Origin: Geosiphon pyriformis uo1
Taxonomy: Eukaryota > Fungi > Glomeromycota
Assembly: GCA_016748015.1 (NCBI GenBank)
Contig: JAAOMT010000157.1
Span: 1 to 7,670, forward strand
Direction of reading: 5' to 3'
Length of the DNA: 7,670 nucleotides
The position numbers and the translations under genes were made by a program. The notes below the pieces were generated by a model that had not been told where the DNA came from, searched no databases, and saw nothing but the letters and a program-made list of their open reading frames with translations. Within the stretch, counting starts at the first letter, position 1. The number at the start of each line of letters is the position of its first letter. Positions 1-7,670 of the stretch are shown piece by piece.

Positions 1-52
1 CAAGAACCGGGATACCCAACCATCCCCAGCCAGCACCATTACCAAACCCCCA

Positions 53-128
53 ATGGGCTTGTATCGGGCTCGCGAACTATCGCGCCGCGCGCACTTCTAT
101 AGCGCCAGGCGCCCATGATTTAGCCCAT
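53..128. promoter_or_regulatory. CpG-rich long imperfect hairpin, candidate origin/control element (second copy 5730-5805)
   Basis: Nested pairings: ATGGGCT 53-59/AGCCCAT 122-128; ATC 63-65/GAT 117-119; GGGC 66-69/GCCC 111-114; GCG 72-74/CGC 103-105; CTAT 77-80/ATAG 99-102; CGCG 81-84/CGCG 88-91. Ten CpG lie in 65-111 in an otherwise CpG-poor unit. The structure is seen, the function is inferred. Confidence 0.5.
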
Positions 129-293
129 ATGGGACCCTCCATCCCCCCCATCACCAAGCACTCTGCCCACAAACTACGGTAATTCACCCTAAACGGGATC
201 ACATTACTAGGGTATACAAACCTAAAAGGGTTTATGGTACCGTCTCCATACCAAACCTGCCAGGGATCGCAAGTATCAAACCAAATACAGTTG

Positions 294-353
294 ATTGGAT
301 GGCCATCGGCGCAACCTGTGGGCGAGAGGATCTATACCCCACCGCAATCCAAT
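294..353. other. Imperfect stem-loop (second copy 5971-6030)
   Basis: ATTGGAT 294-300 pairs with ATCCAAT 347-353, and GTGGG 318-322 with CCCAC 338-342. It overlaps the palindrome GATGGCCATC at 298-307. Confidence 0.45.
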
Positions 354-1973
354 GATATCTGAAACTTGATATACCATGGATGCACCCTATACTAAGGATG
401 GGTACAAAACAAAAACTAGGGCAAAACACTGCGCCCCGGCAATCCCCAGGATTCCCCTAACCACTAATAGTTCATTGGTAATACAATAGACCCGTACCAA
501 CAACATAAGCTCATAAAAGCATTTGGGACCTATCCTTACAAAATCTATGGAGGCTACCAATCCCCATTAAACCCATAAATCAACCTACCTTGTGCCTATA
601 CATGACAACCAAAGCATCCTTCCTGTAAAGCTCTAATTGGTCAGACCTGCTCCCATATAAGACTTCTAGATACTCTTAAAACTCAAATGGGTATCATTGT
701 TATAGTATTGTATATGTCCTCAGTACATAACCTATGGGTCCCCAATCTCAGTATCAAAAGGGTACTAAAGGGCCTAAAATAACACATCCCCTACCGTACC
801 ACAACCACAAACAAGGGTACCGGCGCTCCCACAGAGCCACAAAAGTGGATGTAAAAGGCTTCTTATGACTAATACAAGCATTACGACCGCAGAGGTTTAT
901 CAGGGACTACAACCAAATGATGGATACTGCTATCCGCCATTGTACCTACAGTCCCAATACCAAACACTACCAAACTCATAGGCCTGGACTGGGTACCAAA
1001 TCCAAATCACTCTCTGCAATAACCAAACAATGATCCCACTATTAGTACATAACCTCTCGAACTCTATCATGGCTGCCATCCCCCTCATACAGGGGATAGG
1101 AGGACAAAGGACAAAAACCACAAAATGAGTACCCTCAATAACCAAACTTCACTCTGTGATCAAGGACCAAATACAAAGCCAAAGGTTACTATCTACATGA
1201 GGTGCTAATGGTACTTCTCTACTTAGTATTAGCTCCACAACCTGGATCCCAATCCCCAAAGTACCTAGAGTTGGTGGTCAGATCATATAACAAGTACCAT
1301 ACCATATCCCTGATACCAACCAACAAACTCAAAAGCTAACCTATAACAGGTAAAAAGGACCGTCTACTACTAATACTACTGCCGTATCATGACGCGTTTA
1401 TACCATGGATGGGTCAGAGCACCAATCAAGTACCCAAACTAAACACAAACTAAAGGTATATCATATCTGGTACAGGATCTCTTTACTGTAGTTAGGTATG
1501 ATGGATCCAACTCCTGCCTAAAACAAGTTGTAATCAAGGAGTACTGATTGAGGCCCTAAGGGTTGGGAGTTTGTAGTGGTGTGTAAAGGGTACATAAAGG
1601 GCCCTTCCAGCAGGGCCACATACGATAGCCCTGTGGGACCTTTTATCCAACAAAGTACTCTTATGCCTTTACAGCACTACATGGCTCTACCTGTTGATTG
1701 GTGTGGATTTTAGGCTGTTGAGTGTACCAGTGTATACATATCCAAAGCTTTTGTGGGATACCTACAATTGTGTGCGTATGACAAGATGGTGTGAGATATA
1801 AAGGTAGTCATCCAAATATGAGGCTATTATTAGGATACCCAATACTCCTACCACCCAACAGGATAGCTTTATCAATAAGTAATATCTAATTGACATTTAC
1901 TGGCTGCTTGGCCCCAGGAACCCTTTAAATACCCAATTCCTACCAAATACAGGACATATGAGGGTCCCACACA

Positions 1974-1998
1974 GAGACCCAACAGGGGGGGGGGTCTC
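1974..1998. other. Hairpin containing a G10 homopolymer
   Basis: GAGACCC 1974-1980 pairs with GGGTCTC 1992-1998. The G-run at 1985-1994 is the longest homopolymer I found in the unit. Confidence 0.7.
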
Positions 1999-2696
1999 CC
2001 CAGCAAACCAATCATCATTTAAGCAATCAAATCCAACCAATCGCGCAGTACCATCATAAAAGCTCCAATCCCTATCCAGCCCTATCGGCTTTAGAAGTAC
2101 CTCCCATGATTCTACCATCCCCCATCCTGGCAGGTAACATCTCTCTCCAAAAACCCTTTGTACTCCAGATCCCTATCCTCCACTCTAGGATCCATCACCA
2201 AAGCTTTACTACCTCTATCCCAACGTAGGATCCTATCCCAATGCCACACATCCCTTGGTACCAAAGCCAACAACACTCAGACAACTACCCAAACAGCACA
2301 TTAAGCACTCTCAAATATCCCAATATCAGGGATCCCCTATCATGGTATTTTCTATAGGACTCCTAGAAACTCTTACCCTCAAAGTACCATACCATCCTCT
2401 CCAAGTACTGGTACTAAAGTAGCTACAGGACAAGTTCCCCACCAATCAACTATCTATACTACTTACCAATCCAAACACAAAGAGTCCCCACTACCAGTAC
2501 TCCATCCACCAAGACAGCTCATTATCAGGACCGTCCTCCCAATCTACCATCTCCAATCTCTATATCCCCTATCCCTGCTTGACTGTATCAACCTCACCTC
2601 ACCCACAAATACTGGTCATAAGAGTTGGTGTGGTAGGGGCTACTAACTCTATCAATCTACTCAATCCCTACCAATAAACCACCAAGTACAGCAGTC

Positions 2697-2708
2697 TGGG
2701 GATCCCCA
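2697..2708. repeat. 12-bp perfect palindrome TGGGGATCCCCA
   Basis: Read directly from the sequence; centred on GGATCC. Confidence 0.9.
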
Positions 2709-4525
2709 AAGGGTACAATCATGGGCAAAAGGGTTATGGTATAGGCAGGGCTTTTGTATTTTGGGATACCTATATCTAATTTGGCGCTACCAAACCATCA
2801 AGGATACCCCCAACCCATAAGCCAGCTACTCGCAATACCTGTAGGATCCATCAGTAACTACCAAATTCTGGGCACAACGCCGGAGATAGGGCTATTGGAA
2901 GGTATCCATCACCAAACCTCTTACCAAAAGAAGCTCCAACATGGGACTAAAGAACCTCAATCCAACAACCCCGATAAACAACCCAAACCCCAATACTGAC
3001 GCGTCCTCCCCTATACCCATAGACTGTAATACTTGTTCCCAAGCTCCCGATGGTGGTAGAGAGGTAGGGTACATATTGGTCAGTGCTTATACCCGTCTAC
3101 CAAGAACAATCCACAAAAGGGGTGTTGGTACAAACAAAGGGGTAGCCATCCAAATCCCATACCATCAACATAAACCCTAAAGCAAAATCTACCATATAAA
3201 GCCAGCTCCTTTGTGGGGTAAGCCATATAGAATATCGTATACAACAACCCGACATACTGTATCATCCTCGCAAACATACCCCTTTTTGGTATCTACTACT
3301 ATAAGACTACCCAATACTGGTGATGGCTACTTCAACCATAACTAACCTCCACAATCTGCGATCCACTATCAACTCGGGTTCCCTTTACAACCCCAACCAA
3401 GCCTGGCGCCGGTTTGAGTAGTACCACTACCCAATAATACCATGGCTACCAAAGTAGTAGTTGAAAGTATACCCATGCTTACCAAATACAATGAGGTATC
3501 TGATAGGTTGAGTCTACCTAGTATCTATGGACCCATATAAAAATAGTGTAAAGTACTAAAATCATCAGAAAGCCTAATAGGGGGAGTCTATGGAGGCTTT
3601 AAGATACCCATACTCAGGGATCCTCAGACTATTTATACTATCTCCCTACTCAGTATGACCCACAACAACAGGAGGCTGACTACTGCTTGGATGACGACCC
3701 TTGGTTGCCCACCCTTGGTGGTAAAGCACAAATCCCCTACTTCATGATCAACTCTATTGCACCACTCACAACTAGAGGTTACCAATTGACTATGCTTTGG
3801 CTACCAAAAGCAATATGACCATCCTGACCAATAGTAACTGATTCAAGCCTCCAATTCAAGCTCTCTAATCAAAGGATAATGTGTGCTCTCTGGTATAACA
3901 AGCCATCTCGATCCATGCTAAACTGGACCCCTAAACCACTCTGCTACTATTAATCATCCAAAGCCATATCCCCTCACCAATAAGCTAAAGATCATGGGAT
4001 ACTCAATGGGTCCCTAAGTCCAATACTATGGCTACTTAAGATCCTTTATCAGATCCCCAGGATATTCAAGGGCTACATTACTATGGATATTAGATACCCA
4101 AAATATCCTAGAGCCATATATCCAAGGATCCTGCAAGACAAGTTCGCGGCAGTCCCTTTACAAGGATGGGCTTGGAATCGGTATCCCAATACTCAAAAGC
4201 CTTCATAAGGATCCATCCATCATAAACCCCTGTAAACAAAGCTTAAATACTGGAGCTCCCAAACCCATTGTACCTGTACTTTTACTTGCCCACCAAACTC
4301 CCAAGACTATCACCACCATGCCCCACTTGTTTGGACTTGGATGTAAGTACACAAGTACCCATATCCCCAGTTAACATTTAACTTCTCCATGGCTTGAACA
4401 TCCTATCTATTCCATCCTACACTGACCTCCTTACTACTTGGCTCCAAACATCCCCAATTACCCCCTTAATCACTAAAATCCCAATACCCACACCCAAACC
4501 CCTTTGAGTAAGCATTTAACGGTAT

Positions 4526-4537
4526 GGGAGTACTCCC
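4526..4537. repeat. 12-bp perfect palindrome GGGAGTACTCCC
   Basis: Read directly from the sequence; centred on AGTACT. Confidence 0.9.
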
Positions 4538-5677
4538 CTATTAGTCAACCAAATAACCAATAACCAACAAAAGTAGTCCATAAGCACTACCAAAACTGAT
4601 CCCCCCAAAATTAAACTATCCCTTACAAATTGGAGACCAATTGACAAGTATCCAAAATCCAAAAAGCTTGTATTGATTCCAGATGCCTCCAACTAAACAG
4701 GTACTAAAGAGTTCCTTGTATTAGCCTCATACTACCATCCATCCCATACGTGATACCTGTAAAACTTTAAGCCTGTGTAAGTTGAGGTCCAGGCCATTAC
4801 TCCTATGAGGGATCCTTAGTATGGCAAGCCCATGAGGGGGTGGGCAATTACAAACCAACCCAACAAGGGTACCAAATCACGAGTAGGTCCCCAAAGTAGT
4901 CAACACAACAGGGGGACCCTCATATTCAGGGTCATGACTACCTATTGTATATTACATGTAAAGGACTCAGGCACCTACAAGTCTGATTACCTAAAGATCA
5001 GTGGTATAAGTAATACCCTAAGCCTGGGGATAAATGGCCGTTTGAGCGAGGTATCTAGAATCGTCCCCAAAAGATAACAAAATCTTGTAGGATGTGATCC
5101 CTTTAGAGCCACAAACTGGATACAAGTCCATAACTCAAGGATTATCCCTGTGGGACTTGGTACCAAACCCCCAGGGCTCCAAACAAGTACTCTATCCTCA
5201 GTACCTCAGTATATACGGGGTCCCTAGTGCAAGCAATCACCCATAAATGGGGTCCACAAAAGGGGGGATCCCAAAGTAAAGGCTACATCCCCATGCAAGA
5301 TGTCGGTTATATGGGGTATGTACTGGAGGGTCTGATTAGACGTGGCCAGAATCTACCTAGTCATGAGCTCTCTTTGTTTATTACTTACCAACTATAATAG
5401 CCACTAAAATAGGCACACAAAACCCAATATCCTACATGGGTGTACAAATAATACCTGATTTGGAGTAATCGGGCATAGTAAAGGGGCCATAAGCGATCCC
5501 CAATGGGATCCCAAATCCAAGAGGCCCTAAAAAACTTGTAAACAAACTCCAGATTGGGTTGGTGGTGGTAATCACCATACTCTATAATAGTGCCAAGCTT
5601 GGATATGACTTCCATACCAATACAATCCCCACTTGGTCCAAAAACAAAATGGGGATCACCATCCAATACCCCTTGCC

Positions 5678-7670
5678 CAAGAACCGGGATACCCAACCAT
5701 CCCCAGCCAGCACCATTACCAAACCCCCAATGGGCTTGTATCGGGCTCGCGAACTATCGCGCCGCGCGCACTTCTATAGCGCCAGGCGCCCATGATTTAG
5801 CCCATATGGGACCCTCCATCCCCCCCATCACCAAGCACTCTGCCCACAAACTACGGTAATTCACCCTAAACGGGATCACATTACTAGGGTATACAAACCT
5901 AAAAGGGTTTATGGTACCGTCTCCATACCAAACCTGCCAGGGATCGCAAGTATCAAACCAAATACAGTTGATTGGATGGCCATCGGCGCAACCTGTGGGC
6001 GAGAGGATCTATACCCCACCGCAATCCAATGATATCTGAAACTTGATATACCATGGATGCACCCTATACTAAGGATGGGTACAAAACAAAAACTAGGGCA
6101 AAACACTGCGCCCCGGCAATCCCCAGGATTCCCCTAACCACTAATAGTTCATTGGTAATACAATAGACCCGTACCAACAACATAAGCTCATAAAAGCATT
6201 TGGGACCTATCCTTACAAAATCTATGGAGGCTACCAATCCCCATTAAACCCATAAATCAACCTACCTTGTGCCTATACATGACAACCAAAGCATCCTTCC
6301 TGTAAAGCTCTAATTGGTCAGACCTGCTCCCATATAAGACTTCTAGATACTCTTAAAACTCAAATGGGTATCATTGTTATAGTATTGTATATGTCCTCAG
6401 TACATAACCTATGGGTCCCCAATCTCAGTATCAAAAGGGTACTAAAGGGCCTAAAATAACACATCCCCTACCGTACCACAACCACAAACAAGGGTACCGG
6501 CGCTCCCACAGAGCCACAAAAGTGGATGTAAAAGGCTTCTTATGACTAATACAAGCATTACGACCGCAGAGGTTTATCAGGGACTACAACCAAATGATGG
6601 ATACTGCTATCCGCCATTGTACCTACAGTCCCAATACCAAACACTACCAAACTCATAGGCCTGGACTGGGTACCAAATCCAAATCACTCTCTGCAATAAC
6701 CAAACAATGATCCCACTATTAGTACATAACCTCTCGAACTCTATCATGGCTGCCATCCCCCTCATACAGGGGATAGGAGGACAAAGGACAAAAACCACAA
6801 AATGAGTACCCTCAATAACCAAACTTCACTCTGTGATCAAGGACCAAATACAAAGCCAAAGGTTACTATCTACATGAGGTGCTAATGGTACTTCTCTACT
6901 TAGTATTAGCTCCACAACCTGGATCCCAATCCCCAAAGTACCTAGAGTTGGTGGTCAGATCATATAACAAGTACCATACCATATCCCTGATACCAACCAA
7001 CAAACTCAAAAGCTAACCTATAACAGGTAAAAAGGACCGTCTACTACTAATACTACTGCCGTATCATGACGCGTTTATACCATGGATGGGTCAGAGCACC
7101 AATCAAGTACCCAAACTAAACACAAACTAAAGGTATATCATATCTGGTACAGGATCTCTTTACTGTAGTTAGGTATGATGGATCCAACTCCTGCCTAAAA
7201 CAAGTTGTAATCAAGGAGTACTGATTGAGGCCCTAAGGGTTGGGAGTTTGTAGTGGTGTGTAAAGGGTACATAAAGGGCCCTTCCAGCAGGGCCACATAC
7301 GATAGCCCTGTGGGACCTTTTATCCAACAAAGTACTCTTATGCCTTTACAGCACTACATGGCTCTACCTGTTGATTGGTGTGGATTTTAGGCTGTTGAGT
7401 GTACCAGTGTATACATATCCAAAGCTTTTGTGGGATACCTACAATTGTGTGCGTATGACAAGATGGTGTGAGATATAAAGGTAGTCATCCAAATATGAGG
7501 CTATTATTAGGATACCCAATACTCCTACCACCCAACAGGATAGCTTTATCAATAAGTAATATCTAATTGACATTTACTGGCTGCTTGGCCCCAGGAACCC
7601 TTTAAATACCCAATTCCTACCAAATACAGGACATATGAGGGTCCCACACAGAGACCCAACAGGGGGGGGG
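5678..7670 (+). repeat. Direct repeat, copy 2 (ends inside the G-run at the window edge)
   Basis: Matches 1-1993. The final G9 (7662-7670) corresponds to the first nine G of the G10 tract at 1985-1994. Confidence 0.98.

Larger units (their letters stand above)
1..1993 (+). repeat. Direct repeat, copy 1 (1,993 bp, bounded by the window edge)
   Basis: Starts CAAGAACCGGGATACCC and recurs at 5678. The offset of 5,677 is constant to the end of the window, so there is no net indel. ORFs 232..429/5909..6106 and 930..1145/6607..6822 translate identically. Confidence 0.98.
1..5677. other. One full 5,677-bp unit: putative circular, apparently non-coding element (or tandem-array monomer)
   Basis: Unit length is read directly from the repeat period. 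There is no ORF over 103 aa in six frames and no recognisable Rep, RT, transposase or capsid motif. Circularity is inferred from the terminal redundancy. Confidence 0.7.

Noticed and set aside
376-1128. 250-codon ATG..TGA frame if TAA/TAG are read as Gln (code 6)
   Set aside because: TGA is sparse here in all frames, so a run of this length is unremarkable. The product is P/T/Q-rich, nearly Glu-free and has no motif.
431-3133. Kinetoplast minicircle conserved blocks (CCCGTAC at 491, GGGGTGTTGGTA near 3119)
   Set aside because: There is no exact GGGGTTGGTGTA, and the partial matches lack the CSB1-2-3 order and spacing.
3562-3568. Hammerhead core CUGAUGA on the minus strand (also CUGAGGA at about 717, 3621 and 5195)
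   Set aside because: No downstream stem II plus GAAA. I found minus-strand GAAA only near 2349, so a viroid- or retrozyme-type ribozyme is unsupported.
3603-3818. Stop-free + frame containing YCLDDD, resembling an RT/polymerase YxDD motif
   Set aside because: Spacing does not fit YxDD, no other RT motifs flank it, and the frame is only about 70 codons.
1897-5306. rRNA-like words: minus-strand GCCAAGCAGCCAGTAA (1897-1912), ATTAGATACCC (4089-4099), minus-strand CCACAGGGATAA (5142-5153), GATGTCGG (5299-5306)
   Set aside because: They are scattered, on mixed strands, not collinear, and lack the neighbouring conserved blocks. GATACCC-type words are common in this unit. A cmscan with SSU/LSU models would settle whether fragmented rRNA is present.
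1-5677. CRISPR array, tRNA genes, iterons, Rho-independent terminators
   Set aside because: No regularly spaced repeats. TTCRA candidates (minus strand near 1057 and 4394) lack a T-stem. I saw no convincing hairpin plus U-tract after a gene.
232-6822. All 13 ORFs in the supplied track (60-103 aa), including 5385..5696 (-)
   Set aside because: They are short, overlap in conflicting frames and strands, and show no recognisable domains. Their composition mirrors the strand skew (P/Q/T/N on +, G/V/W/F on -). Two are only repeat duplicates.
1-7670. LTR retrotransposon or LARD with ~2-kb LTRs
   Set aside because: The repeat runs to both window edges, so TG..CA termini, PBS, PPT and TSD cannot be identified, and there is no gag/pol remnant. 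Not supported, though not excluded without flanking sequence.

Overview
The window is about 1.35 copies of a 5,677-bp unit. Bases 1-1993 recur at 5678-7670 at a constant offset, and I saw no differences by eye. This points to a small circular molecule assembled past its junction, or a very homogeneous tandem array. Long LTRs cannot be excluded because the repeat runs to both window edges. I can support no protein-coding gene, tRNA, rRNA, CRISPR array or ribozyme: all ORFs are 103 aa or shorter and look like chance frames. The unit does have strong sequence structure. The + strand is A/C-rich, CpG and especially GAA are strongly depleted, and GGATCC/GGTACC/AGTACT-type palindromes and short hairpins are in large excess. 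One CpG-rich hairpin domain (about 50-440) and a G10-containing hairpin (1974-1998) are candidate origin or control elements. My best reading, which is inference, is an apparently gene-less, non-autonomous ~5.7-kb circle or repeat unit shaped by strand-asymmetric cytosine deamination, more eukaryotic or organellar than bacterial in character. All counts are hand counts.
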